64,000 bases of DNA from Paraspadella gotoi (lineage: Eukaryota; Animalia; Chaetognatha), in the NCBI GenBank assembly GCA_051294375.1, contig CM119265.1, forward strand, positions 4,161,025 to 4,225,024, given 5' to 3'. Below the pieces are notes generated by a model that had not been told where the DNA came from, made no database searches, and was given only the letters and a program-made list of their open reading frames with translations. Positions 13,101 to 25,458 of the stretch are shown here, in pieces. The translations under genes were made by a program, and so were the position numbers. Each line of letters opens with the position of its first letter. Position 1 is the stretch's first letter.

Positions 13101-13885
13101 CACTTTTGTTATTGAGAAAATGGAGAAGTGGGTAAGTTAAAAAACTGCAGAGAGCGAAAGAAAGTGAGAGAGAGAGGGAGAGAGAGAGAGAGAGAGGGTG
13201 GGGCAAGAAAGAGAGTCAGGGGCAAGATAGCTTATCTATTAAATGAATGAATTGAAACATTCTTTAAAATATTATACCACTACATTGATTGGGAAGCCAG
13301 GTAGGTACTCTGGGAATGAATAAACGAGACTGTGAGAGAGTCTTGATTGAAAGCTTGCTATGTCATTATCTTGCAAGAGTGATGGAGCCATTAAACCACC
13401 AAAGCCTGTCCAAGGTCATGGGCAAGATAACTTATTAATTAAATGAATGGATAATTTTTATATTGGTTGTACCAATTTCATAAAGGGGATAGGGCAGGTG
13501 AATACAAAGGCAAAATTTAAGTTCAATGTGAGGCGACTTACCACCGGTCTCTCTCTAAACTCATTGATCAGATGCAACATTTCTTTGTCCCTGTCCGAAG
13601 TCGGACTTTCTATGTCCTATGACCTATGTCCTTGACTCTGCCGATGGCTTTTCCTTCTCCCTGCCCCAGCCCCAATGCCCTTGCATTGTCCCTTAACCTT
13701 GCCACCAATTCCAACCATCTGATCACTGATTTTTCCTGATAAAGCGTCGACCGTGCTTCCTTTTAAATCAGCCTCCTTTGCCCCAGCAGCTTTCACTTCA
13801 GCTGCTACATCCTCTTCCACAGCCCCAGGCTCATTATTTATGGACGATGTATCGCACCTCTTGGAGAGAAGGGGAGAGAAAAAAA

Positions 13886-13924
<39 letters not shown>

Positions 13925-14349
13925 AGAGAGAGAGGGGGAGAGAAAGAGAGAAAGAGAGAGAAAGCAAAAGGGAAATAGGATCTGAGTTGAAAATCGTTTT
14001 AAGTCGAAATTCGAGCAGTGTTGGTTCAGCCCTCGAACGACCACCCCACCAACTCCCTCTGAACACCTCTCTCAAAATATCCTTCGCAATTACTCCCATT
14101 TGATTGGTCGATTCCGGTTCCAGCTCAGCCAATCAGCTTACCTTTCTTGTCCCTTACCTCACCGCCTCGAACCTTCGTCGTTTCTCATCCTCAACTTTCT
14201 TATGAAGGCTCAACTCGTCAATTTCCCGTTAATTGCGTTTCGTTCATACTAAATTCATTTACTTGTTTAATTACTTATTAACATCCCCTCTGGTAAATTC
14301 TTTAAAAAGCAGACACGCTCGGCTCTGGTTAACAACCTCGTTCCTTCTT

Positions 14350-14393
<44 letters not shown>

Positions 14394-14631
14394 GTGATAA
14401 ATCTTGATTATAATATATGTTAATTACTTCTCTCCACTTAATCTTTAATTTCTTTACGTCTTTTTCCATCTTCTTTTCTTTACATTATTACATTTTATAT
14501 TTATATCTTCCCTTCCCATTCTTCTCCTCCGAACTGATATTTACAAGGACGTTGTCTTCGTCGTCATCGTCGTTATAATCGTCGTCATCGTCGTCATCGT
14601 CGTCAGCATGCGTAGCTTCTTCTATCAAAGC
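10104..14631 (-). other. Candidate multi-exon orphan gene on the minus strand (exon-like blocks ~14150-14631, 13543-13860, 12186-12300, 11042-11680, 10104-10323)
   Basis: Minus-strand gtaag/gtgag donors and pyrimidine-cag acceptors flank partly open, charged frames (REIDELSLHKKVEDEKRRRFEAV; DRDKEMLHLINEFRERPV; IRDSLLRLAEMDEHLGEG). Frames are broken by stops or indels, and no domain is recognised. Confidence 0.3.
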
Positions 14632-14789
14632 AACCTGGTCATAAAGTTGCTAATTCTGAAACATCCTTCGGTATCATTATCATTATTATTTTATTATTAA
14701 CACATTGAGACTAACTAACGGCATTGAATTTTCCGCGAAGAGAACATCTAAATTTTTAGCTTAAACTTTAACATTTTCCAATTATAAAA

Positions 14790-15463
14790 AACGTGACAAA
14801 GACGATGACGACGACGATGACAAAGACGTGACAATGACGACGATGACAATGACGATGACAAAGACGTGACAATGACGATGACGACGATGACAAAGACGTG
14901 ACAATGACAATGACGTCGATGATAAAGACGTGACAATGACAATGACGTCGATCATAAAGACATGACAATGACAATGATAAAGACGTGACGATGACGTCGA
15001 TGATAAAGACGTGACAATGACGACGATGTTAAAGACGTGACGATGACGATGACGTCGATGACAAAGACGTGACAATGATGATGACGTGGCGACGATGACA
15101 AAGACATGATAATGAAAGATAAAAAAATGATGCAGGCAAAATCAATATTTTTTTTATTTATAAAACATGATGATAAAGACATGACAATGACGATGACATT
15201 GATGATGACAAAGACGTGACGTCGATGATAAAGATGTGACAATGACGACGATGAAAAAGACGTGACAATGACGATGATGATAAAGACGTGACAATGGCGA
15301 TGATGATAAAGACGTGACAATGACGACGATGATAAAGACGTGACAATGACGACGTCGATGACAAAGACGTTACAATGACGATGACGTGACAATGACGAAG
15401 ACAGTGGCGACGATGACAATGAGAGATAAAAAAATGATGATGATTTTTTTTATTTATAAAACA
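14790..15463. repeat. Degenerate GAC/GAT-based minisatellite (aaagacgtgacaatgacgacgatgat-like unit) in two higher-order blocks
   Basis: The unit is visible repeatedly. Both blocks end with gtggcgacgatgacaa...gataaaaaaatgatg...tttataaaacat. Confidence 0.9.
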
Positions 15464-15863
15464 TAACTATTAAAATATTATTAGTGTCGCAGTAACAGTT
15501 CAGTTTAAGCCTTTGAAAGCAATTTACATGTATTGGCGCCGCGACTGGTTTACTTTTATTTTTACTGCGTGAACAAGTTACGAAATTTACTAAAACTTGG
15601 AAGAACTGAACAAAAAATGTGAAATATTAAATACGACTTATAAAGGCGTCATTAAACATTATCATTTCATATAAAAATCATTATAAAGAATCGATTCCCC
15701 ATCGTTTTCTTCTCTGCCGTCAACGTCGCTCCCGTCTCGCCTCTCTGCGTCTCTCCGTCAGGGTTAAAAAGGCGTCGCGCGCTGAATCACGCCGGACTCG
15801 GGAAAACCTTCCAGCGTGGGAGTTTCAGCCTATTAATTGCGACCAGGCAGTCATTTTTATCAG

Positions 15864-16048
15864 GACATTTATTTACAATGCTACACAGTATCACACAGCT
15901 AACATTTATTTACAATGCTTCACAGTATCACACAGCAGACATTTATTTACAATGCTTCACAGTATCACACAGCTGACATTTATTTACAATGCTTCACAGT
16001 ATCACACAGCTGACATTTACTTACAATGCTTCACAGTATCACACAGCT
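15864..16048. repeat. 37-bp tandem repeat x5 (gacatttatttacaatgcttcacagtatcacacagct)
   Basis: Five head-to-tail near-identical units without spacers. Confidence 0.95.
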
Positions 16049-17497
16049 CCAAATACCATCAATAACTCCCTCGTTCACAAATTAACTCTTCCTTCCACTT
16101 GAAAGAAATAAATCTCCGCCTCGCAACCAGAAGATTTCTAATGACTCTGTCTCGTCTCTCTCTCTCTCNNNNNNNNNNAGGAGTGACTGGACTTTGATCG
16201 TTAAAACCGAAAGGAGTTCTCCTGGAAATTGTCCACGGAGGAATTCGTTTTTAAGCCAATTTCCCTTTTTTCTTTTTTCTAAATTCAAATAATTAGAATA
16301 AATTTAGCAAGATATAATAAATATACTAACAATTAAAAAAACGTTATACCAGAATAGAAAAACATGAAACGACATCAACGCCGAAGTCCACAATTTCCAG
16401 ATTAAAGAGTTTTTCTTTCCTATTTTTTTTTGTTGATATTTTTATTCCCACATTTTTTACTTACAAATTTTTTTTTTTGGTCTCTTCTAAAAATCTTGGT
16501 TAATCCGAATTTTATTTCCTAGAAATCTCGATTTGATATCCATTAATCTCATTTCTTTTTTTGGGGGGGAGGTTAATCTCGATTGTATTTCTTTTATACC
16601 CGATTCAATTTACCTAAGTTTCGATTCTATTTCCTCAATTCTCAATATTGCGGAGTCAATTTTTTTAAATTTTTTTCCCCGAACTTTTAAAGAAGAAAAA
16701 AAAAATAAACGGCAAGTTGAGAGTTTGTGCCGCAGAGATTTTCTCAAGTGCACACTTCTTTAGCACAAGAAGAAGTAAAAATGGTTTATTACTTCTCTGT
16801 TAAGTATTAAATAAAGGAATTACTAAACTGTGTTGGCTTTTTAGGTGATCACGAGACTGCAAAAATATTATATTTATGCGCTTAAACATAAACCCAATTG
16901 ACTCAGTATTTACAAGAACTTTGATCATTTAAAACGGAGACGGATGGAAAGACAGAAAGACGGTTCGACCGACCAAAAATTGACTCGCGGCGAAACTAAA
17001 AAAAGAAACTTTGATCTTCGATTTGATTTCACCGAATCACAAAATCAAAAAAGTCGTCGTCGTCGTCGTTTTGGATCGAAGGGGCGGGAACCCGGATACT
17101 GAAAATCGAAACCCGGATGTGAACACAAGTCGGGATTGTCCGATCGAGTGGATGAAAGGGGGAGTAAGAGGGGGGGGGGGTGAATTGCGATTCGGGAATC
17201 GTGATTCGATTGTGAAAACTGATGAAAACGAAATTAAAAATTGTTTTCCCTTGTAACCAAAATACTACGTACAGACAATTTCAGTTAAAACAATTTTAAT
17301 CTCAGTTCTGTCAGAACAAAAGTTGAAATTAATTTTTTTGGATACTAAAAAAATGGGAAAGTTTAATACGACTCATGGTCAAAAATGGAAAAAAGATAAT
17401 CACACAAAATTTTGCCCAAAAGCCAAAAAAGTTGCTTATAATATAATATAATATATAATAGAAGTTATATTTCGACAATGAATTTTTTTCTCGAGAT

Positions 17498-18334
17498 CAG
17501 AGATGTGGAAGCGATCGATTTTCCACCGTTGCCAATCCCCCGCTTCCCGAGAACCTTCCCGCTTCCGAGTTCGAGTGCAATCCCTACTTTTTTTAACCCG
17601 GATCGCTTTTGCTTTCGAGTGCACATCGCTTCCTTCTTTTAAAAATTTTATATTTGTTATTACCAGAGATGTGGATGCAATCCGGAAAGCATAAGCAAAC
17701 ACTGTGGAAGCGGGCGATTTTTGAGGAAAGCGAAACCGGGAGCGATAGAAAAATTAAGAATAAGTGATTGATTCCAGAAGCTATATTAACCCTCCGTGTT
17801 CGCTTCCTGATCATTTGTCTTTTTTTTTTTAAATTTTCAGTCGGATCTGCTTATCAGCAGTTCCCGACTCTATAATTCACTTTGTCGGTCCGTCGGTCCG
17901 CCCCCTCAATATTGTCGGGCACTAACTTATATCATGTCAGAACATCGAATTATGATAAATTATGTAAAAAAAATGATGTCCGTCCATCTGTCTGTCCATC
18001 CGTCCGTCCATCCGTCCGTCCATCCGTCCCACCTTAGCAAAAAACACCAATTACTTATGACTGGCTATGGCTAATTTTATCGATCTAAACGAAACTAAAT
18101 TATACAAGAATAAAAGGGCATCGCTTTCTCCAAAGCGAGAGCAGGATGTTACAAAGGTTTTAATACATCAAGTGCCTTTCTTTTCTCACCAATAAAAACA
18201 AATAATCAGCAAGTGAAAAGGAATAGCTTCTGGGTTCAATCCCTTATTCTCAATTTTTATATCGCTCCCGGTTTCGCTTTCCTCAAAAATCCACAGTGTT
18301 CGCTTACGCTTTCCGGATTGCGTCCACATCTCTG
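17498..18334. mobile_element. Non-autonomous hAT element (837 bp)
   Basis: 12-bp TIR CAGAGATGTGGA / TCCACATCTCTG with a perfect 8-bp TSD CTCGAGAT (17490-17497, 18335-18342). Confidence 0.9.
17835..18070 (+). mobile_element. DINE-1/HINE-like Helentron element, 5' fragment, inside the hAT element
   Basis: agtcggatctgcttatcagcagttcccgact hairpin followed by a (GTCC)n microsatellite. Shared with the other family copies. Confidence 0.75.
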
Positions 18335-19104
18335 CTCGAGATTTTGATCACTAACTCCTCGGCCCCGAATCGCCAATCGGGATCGAGGCTCACGAATTTT
18401 TACGGGGGTCAACACCTCGAGCCCTAATGATCCAGATCCCGGATCTAATTTGTTCAACAGACTGAAGATGAGAGATGCGAACGATCGATTCGATCTTTTG
18501 TTTGAGCGAATGAGACAGTTTTATGGATTTTGGGGGTTGGGGAGAGAGAGAGAGAGAGAGAGAGAGAGTAAATGAATTCGTCGTTGGGAAATTGAGTCTT
18601 TGCTTTTGTCGACAGTTACGATCTTCGTCGTGAACAGAGACGAGTCGATTGGAATGTAGAATGACGTCGTAAAATGTAAATAGGAATGTAAAAAGAAATA
18701 AAAAGGAATAAAAAGAAATAAAAAGAAACCAAAAAAAGTAAAAAGAAATAAAAAGAAACAAAAAGAAAGTAAAAAGAAATAAAAAGAAACAAAAAGAAAG
18801 GAAAGAGAAAAAAAAGAAAGAAAAAGAAAGTAAAAAGAAATAAAAAAAAACAAAAAGAAAGTAAAAGAATTGTACGACGATCAGCTTTGCAAAAAGTGCA
18901 TAAGTGCGAACACAATCGTTGTTCGCGCGATTAGTCAACTTTTCAAATTTATAATTTCGACGCGTTTGATTGAAAAGCCCAAATCTGAGCTTATAAAATA
19001 AAATATTAAATAAATTTTTAATTCGGGTACGAAACTAGTACAAAGATTATTGACTCATTCAATAAATAATCTATCTTGTCCCTTTACTTTGGACCTTTGT
19101 ATGT

Positions 19105-20356
19105 TAGGGCATTTAAAAATAACAAAATATAACAAATCTAATCAGGTACATAGCTATTTTAGTGTAATCAATTCTGTAGAATTCGATGATGATAATAATT
19201 CTTTTGGATAGTTTCATCTTCTTTGACGGAAATGGCGATTTTTGCTGCATATAAGGTACTCTTACAATGGAGCAAATATTGTAGAGTATAAAAAACTCAA
19301 TTTAGTACAATTTTATAAAAGCCATATTTAGCTTACATTATATAAAATAAAGACCCATATAAATATTTCGATAAGTTTATTTATAAATTTTATATTTTAT
19401 TAACCGTTTGTTAGCTATTTTTATAAATAAATAATAATAAAAAATAGGCTAAAATAAAAAATAAAACTTTTAGAATTTTACAACCGATTTAAATTTTTTA
19501 CAAAAAGTTGATATAAAAAGTATAATCAATTTTAACAAATTTTATCATTAAGTAGATTAAAATTATCAAAAACTATTATTTTTATTTAATTTTTCGATTT
19601 CTGGCTTAAAATTAAAGTTTTTCTGAAATTTTATCAACTCAATGTCTTAATTTTAATATAAAAATTATACTTTTTTATATAAACGTTTTGCAAGGAAAAG
19701 AAATCAAAGAATACAATTTTAAAATTTTTCTTTAATAACTTTAACCTAATTTTTACTGATAATTATTAATAAATATAGTGAACTAACTTTTTCTAAAACA
19801 TAAAATTTAAAAATAAATTTACCAAAATATTTTTATAAGTCTTTATTTTTGTGTAAAGACTTTCGATTTTCGTTGTTTTAGTAATTAGGAGAAAAACAAA
19901 TTGATTTGTTTTGGTAACGAATTGTATTTGAGGCAATAAGCAGACATGTTTCGACTCTGTAGTTTAGAGTCTTCATCAGTCTTCAACAGGGATCATGTAT
20001 GAGAGATAGAGAGAGAGAGATAGATAGAGAGAGAGAGAGAGAGAGATAGATAGAGAGAGAGAGAGAGAGAGAGTCTTCATCACTGATGAAGACTCTAAAC
20101 TAAACATGTTTTTATTTTTATATTTTATAAGCTCATGTAAATTTTATAAAATTTGAAGAATTAAATTTATCATCACTTATATTGGTTGTACTATTTTATG
20201 ACAATTTTATATACATTAAAAATCGTAATTTGCGACATAAAAGATAAAATTATACAAAAAAATGGTCATCACCATCGAATTCTACAGACTTGCTTACACT
20301 AAAATAGTTATGTAGCTTATTCGATTTGTTGTATTTTGTTATTTTTAAACGCCCTA
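19105..20356. mobile_element. Non-autonomous hAT element with long subterminal inverted repeats (1252 bp)
   Basis: TAGGGCATTTAAAAATAACAAAATA... / ...TATTTTGTTATTTTTAAACGCCCTA, with ~90 bp of inverted similarity. TSD TTGTATGT / TTGTAGGT (7 of 8 match). Confidence 0.85.
19943..19979 (-). ncRNA. Minimal hammerhead ribozyme motif (Penelope-like type)
   Basis: Minus strand reads CTGATGA-A-GACTC-TAAACTACA-GAGTC-GAAACATGTC: conserved core, 5-bp helix II, palindromic ACATGT helix III, GUC cleavage triplet. Confidence 0.75.
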
Positions 20357-21486
20357 TTGTAGGTGAAGGCAAGAATGTCCTGCAAGAACCAAGCATATCG
20401 CAAGAACTGGACAGCTTTTAGTCAAGGATATCGCATTGTCCAGTTTATTAACTCCATACACATTACACATACACAGGTTACTGAAATTTAATGTTATAAA
20501 TATGTTCACCTGTTGAACCTTCTTTCTCCTATTCCCTTCACCAATTCACGATCACTCAAATTCGCTCTTCACTATTTTCACAAAATTCACTCCCACTCAC
20601 GCGCGTGATAATCGACGAAGGATCCCAGCGACGAATAAAAACAACACAATAAACAAAAACATAATGATAAGAACAATATGTTAAGAAGAAAGAAAACAAA
20701 AGCGGGACAACAAAATAGAGAGAGAAAAAACAAAATAATATTATTATGTTGGTGTATATTCGTTTCTTTTTCGTTGTTTTGAATTGTATTAAAAATTAAA
20801 GTAAAAATTTGCCAATCCCTAATTATTATTATTTAAAAAGTGCAAAAAAAGTATTTAAAACTATTAAGTTGATAAAAAAAGGATAATAAAGGAGCGAAAA
20901 AGTAAAAAAAAAAAGAAAGCAAATGAAAAAAGCAAAAAGCATAAACTTAAGAGGCAAAAAGCGCGAAAATCCGCGCGGGTGAAACATTTTTCACATCCGG
21001 GATGTTAATTGGATGGAGAGCGAGAGAGGAGAGAAAGGGGGAAAAGAAGGAGAGGATGATAGAGAAAGGAAAGAGAAGAGAGGAAAGAGTAAAGAGAGGA
21101 GGATGGAGAGAGGAAAAAGGAGAGAGAAGAGAGGATCAATCAATCATTTAATCAAATTTACAATCAATCAATCAATCAATCAGAGAGAAATAGAGAGAGA
21201 GAGAAACTTTTAAAAATGCAAATCAATGTGTCTTTTGGTTTTCGAATTTAAACTCTTTTCCACTGCTACAATCCCATCAAAAAATTATATCCAGCTTGAT
21301 TCAATACTTTCCTACCCACACACGAAATGTTATTTTAATTTATCGATTCAATTTTTAATAAATATAATAATTATGAGTAAATATAAACATTGTGTAATTT
21401 TTCTCTCTTTTCCTTGTTCAATAAGATAGCAGATTCGAAAACGAAAGTTTTTAGTAATTTTACAACGATTTTATTACAAAGTATTG

Positions 21487-21522
21487 GACATGTTTCGACT
21501 CTTGTTTTCGAGTCTTCATCAG
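21487..21522 (-). ncRNA. Minimal hammerhead ribozyme motif within repeat 21425-21650
   Basis: Minus strand reads CTGATGA-A-GACTC-GAAAACAA-GAGTC-GAAACATGTC. Confidence 0.78.
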
Positions 21523-21654
21523 CATTTGACAGTTGTATTTTTCACAATCATAAAGTTGGGGAGAGAGAGAGAGTGAGAGAGAGAGAGAAGAGAGAGAGAG
21601 AAGAGAGAGAGAGAGAGGAGGAGAGAGAGAGAGAGAGAGAGATAGAGAAACTTT

Positions 21655-21865
21655 ATATCCAACTCAGTCACTCATTCCGATGCCTCCATCCAATCACGAG
21701 CAATTGAAGGTGGGACGGACAGACAGGCAGACAGACTAACGGACGAACATCATTTTTTTGCATAATTTATCATAATTCGAGGTTCTGAAATTATAATAAT
21801 GATTTACCGACAAGATTTTAGGGTGGGACCGACGGACCGACAAAGTGAATAAGCAGATCCGAATA
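21655..21865 (-). mobile_element. HINE-like element, 5' fragment
   Basis: (GGAC/AGAC)n tract, ataatttatcataattcga, gacggaccgacaaagtgaat, gcagatccga. Confidence 0.7.
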
Positions 21866-22562
21866 AAATTGAAAAATATGAAAAAACGAGAAAAGGAGAT
21901 AAACTAAAGATGGATTAAAAAAGTAGTTTAAAGGGAAAAATGTGAATTAAATGAAATGAAGAATAAAAAAAAAACAATTGATTTAACGATTAAAATGTTT
22001 TTCTGATTTACTACGAAAAAATAGAATTCAAAACTTCACCTCATTTACTCTAAAAGAAAAAAGAAAAAAATCAGAAAGACGAATTTAGCTAAAAAAGAAA
22101 AGAAAGAGAACAACGACAACGACAACGACAACAACGGAATCGGAAAAACCATCGGAATTCAAATCGAATTCATTCTTCGCTTGAGACAAAAACGGAAGAA
22201 GTTTCTCTTTGGTTTCGATTCCCCAGAGATCACGTGACTAAACTTTTAGCAACTTTTAAAAATTATTAAAACAACTTATAAAATTGCTCAACAGAACTGT
22301 TAATAAAATATACAATATTTATACATAAAAAAGTCGTTTTTTGTACATGAACATTGAACAGGGTTTACGCATGAAAATCTCATAGAAATTTGTTTAGAAA
22401 AGGATTAATTCATACTTTTAGGTTTTAGGTTTTAATCCTAAAAATCAGGAAAACATTTGAAAATCGTACATACAAAATAAAATGATTAAAAAAAACAAAC
22501 AATTTTTTAAAAAAATCGAATTTTGATTTTTTTGCATCAAATTCTATTTATAGAAGATGAAA

Positions 22563-23250
22563 AACAAGTTTGAGCAAACAAAGTCGGATGTGCCTACGAT
22601 AATTAAGCGGTAATCAGCTAATCAGATGATTAATAACGATAATTCTTTCAATTTGTGATCATAACAGATCGTACCAAACCAAACCAATAGCTGCGCATAT
22701 ACATGTAAATCGCTTGCAAGGGATTAAACTGAACTGTTACTATGCTACAAACAAATAATTTTTTTAACTATTATTATTTTTTCAAATTTTTAACTTGCAA
22801 CATTTTTTCAACAGGTATCATTTTTTCAACTTGCAAAGTTTTTTCATGCAAACTAATTTCCATTGAAACTTTGTATTCTGCTATTCTGCTATTCTGCTAT
22901 TCCTACCCACACACAAAATTTCAACTCATTCTATCCATCTTATTATGAATAATTTGAGTAATTATTTTAATTAGTAAAACGATTCAACTAAATGTGACTA
23001 ATATTTTTTTACTAACTAATTTTCATTCCAATCCAACCATCCAATCACGAGTAATTGGAGATTTTTGCTAAGGGGGGATGGATGGAAGGACAGACGGACG
23101 GATGGATACTTTGTCGCGAACATAATTTATCATAATTTGATGTTCTGACATGATTTAAGTTAATGCCAGACAAGATTGAGAGGGCGGACCGACGGACCGA
23201 CAAAGTGAATTATAGAGTCGGAATCTGCTGATGAGCAGATCCGACTAAAA
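22563..23250 (-). mobile_element. Near-complete DINE-1/HINE-like Helentron element
   Basis: On the minus strand: 5' TTTTAGTCGGATCTGC + inverted repeat, (GTCC)n tract, 3' subTIR GCACATCCGAC, hairpin GTTTGCTCAAAC, end CTTGTT. T-rich site with no TSD. Confidence 0.8.
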
Positions 23251-23276
23251 ATTGTATCGATGAAATCGCGGACGTT

Positions 23277-23314
<38 letters not shown>

Positions 23315-23673
23315 TGACGGCGACGAAAATAACAATTGCGAAAACTATATTCGTGTCGGTCACGATGAGGAAGTCCAGCACCAGTAAATTCTCACAATTT
23401 AAAAATAATGATTTTAATAATCGTCTTAAAAATGTCTTGACCCAAGAGACGCTACTTTGAATTCAATGAATTTATTTTTGACGAAAAACTGTCAACACAA
23501 TAGCATAATTTATATGACAGTGATAATAAAAAATGACGATGGCAAAGACTTCCGTGACGACGATGACGACGATGATGACGACGATGATGACGACGATGAC
23601 GACGATGATGACGACGATATCTTTAACGACAGGTAATGCGTTCCGACGAAGATGACGACAACGCGGTTTCCTA

Positions 23674-23706
<33 letters not shown>

Positions 23707-23745
23707 CAATAAAACCGACGACGCTTCCAAGAAAGACGACGACGA

Positions 23746-23776
<31 letters not shown>

Positions 23777-23876
23777 AACGCGTATTGCGCGATCAGTCAA
23801 CGTTGGACGCCGAATGAATGCCAGCCCGCCATCTTAAAAAAAAAAATAGAATAAAAACAAGACAAAACAAAGCGAA

Positions 23877-24775
23877 AACAGGTTTGAGCAAACAATGTCG
23901 GATCTACCCACGATCATTAGCGGAAATGAATTAATTAATCAATTCAAGTTAATTAATTAATTAGGTAATTAATTAATTAATTAACTAATTTGATCCCAAA
24001 TGTTTGTTTTTAGGTCTTTTCATCACTTTTCATCAACGACGACGATGATGACAACGACAACAATAATTCCGATAACGATTGACTTACTTGATTGATTGAT
24101 TGATTGATTGATTAATAAAATAACTAATTAATTGATAAATAAATTGATTGATTGAATAATTAATCAATTGATAAATAAATTGATTGATTGAATAATAAAT
24201 TTATTGATGAGTTGACTGATTAATTAATTATTGATTAATTAATTGACTAATTGATTAATTAACTGATTAATTATTTGATTACTTAATACATATTGCATTT
24301 ACATTTAATATAAAAAGAACAAGTTTGAGCAAACAATGTCGGATCTTCCTACGATAATTAAGTGGTAATAAACGAATCCAATGATAAATCACGGTAATAT
24401 TTTCTGACTTTCAATTTGTGATTTTAACAGATCATAACAAATCGTAGCAGATATCTTAATAAATCCATGAAAAAAATTTATAAATCAATTAATCTATCAA
24501 TCATTACCAGTAGCTGCACCAATACCAACTTGCATAATTTAGTCTACTTGCATAATTTGGTAATTTTGTATAATTTGGTCAAATTGCATAATTTGGTCAA
24601 CTGGCATAATTTGGTCATCTGGCATAATTTTGTCATTTGGTATAATTTGGTTAACTGGCATAATTTGGTCAACCAACAAAATTTGGTCAACTGGTATAAT
24701 TTGGTCAACTGGTATAATTTTATAAACTGGCATAATTTGGTCAACTTGCAGACTTTGGTCAATTGAATAGTTTGG

Positions 24776-24810
<35 letters not shown>

Positions 24811-25458
24811 GAGAAATACAGAGAGGGAGACTTTTAAAAATTCAAATACATGTGTCTTTTGGTTTTCTAATTTAAACTCTTTTCCACTCATAGAATTCCA
24901 TCAAAAATTTATATTCAGCTCAATCACATACTTTCCTACCCACACACAAAATTTCATTCCAATCCATCCATCCAATCACGAGAAATTGGAGTTCAATGAA
25001 AAGGTGGGACGGACCTTCAGACAGACAGACAGACAGACGAACGGACATACTTTTTTGCATAATTTATCATAATTCGATGTCCTGTTACGATAAAAATTAT
25101 TTACCTACAAGATTTGGGGTGGGACCGATGGACCGACAAAGTGAATTATAGAGTCGGAATCTGCTATATGCAGATTCGACTAAAAAGAAGCATAATCAAT
25201 TAGTGAAACACGTTTTTTTTTTTTTTTCATTTAAACTCAGTTCCACTCGCACCCACACCCAAAATTTCTTTCTAATCCATCCATCCATCGGACGGACAGA
25301 TGAACGGACAGACAGACATAATTTTTTTTGCATAATTTATCATAATTCGAGGTTTTGATATGATAATAATGATTTCCGACAAGATTTTGGGGTGGGACTG
25401 GCGGACCGAAAAAGTGAATTTTAGAGTCAGAATATGCTGATAAACAGACCTGACTAAA
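23877..25458 (-). mobile_element. HINE-like element (23877-24317 + 25184-25458) interrupted by a second HINE (24318-25183)
   Basis: Two 3' ends (23877, 24318) and two 5' ends (25183, 25458). Removing the inner copy restores 'ttaata..aaaagaa/aaagaagcataat', seen uninterrupted at ~54290-54320. Confidence 0.8.
24527..24770. repeat. 18-bp tandem repeat (aactggcataatttggtc), ~13 copies, inside the inner HINE
   Basis: Directly visible. It explains the periodic ORFs 24467-24783. Confidence 0.92.

Noticed and set aside
14150-14631. Non-standard genetic code (TAA read-through) suggested by in-frame stops in a purine-rich minus frame
   Set aside because: The well-supported LRR and PDE exons contain no in-frame TAA or TAG. 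Indel errors or non-coding status explain it more simply.
18305-18465. Minus-strand exon LLNKLDPGSG...GRNPES with a gtaagc donor
   Set aside because: The donor and last codons lie inside the hAT terminal sequence, and no homology was recognised.
22416-22435. Telomere-like TTTTAGG repeats
   Set aside because: Only about two units, which is expected by chance in AT-rich DNA.
23510-23830. Poly-Asp exon (…DDDDIFNDR|gtaatg)
   Set aside because: Dominated by (GAC/GAT)n microsatellite common throughout the window. No linked exon or homology.
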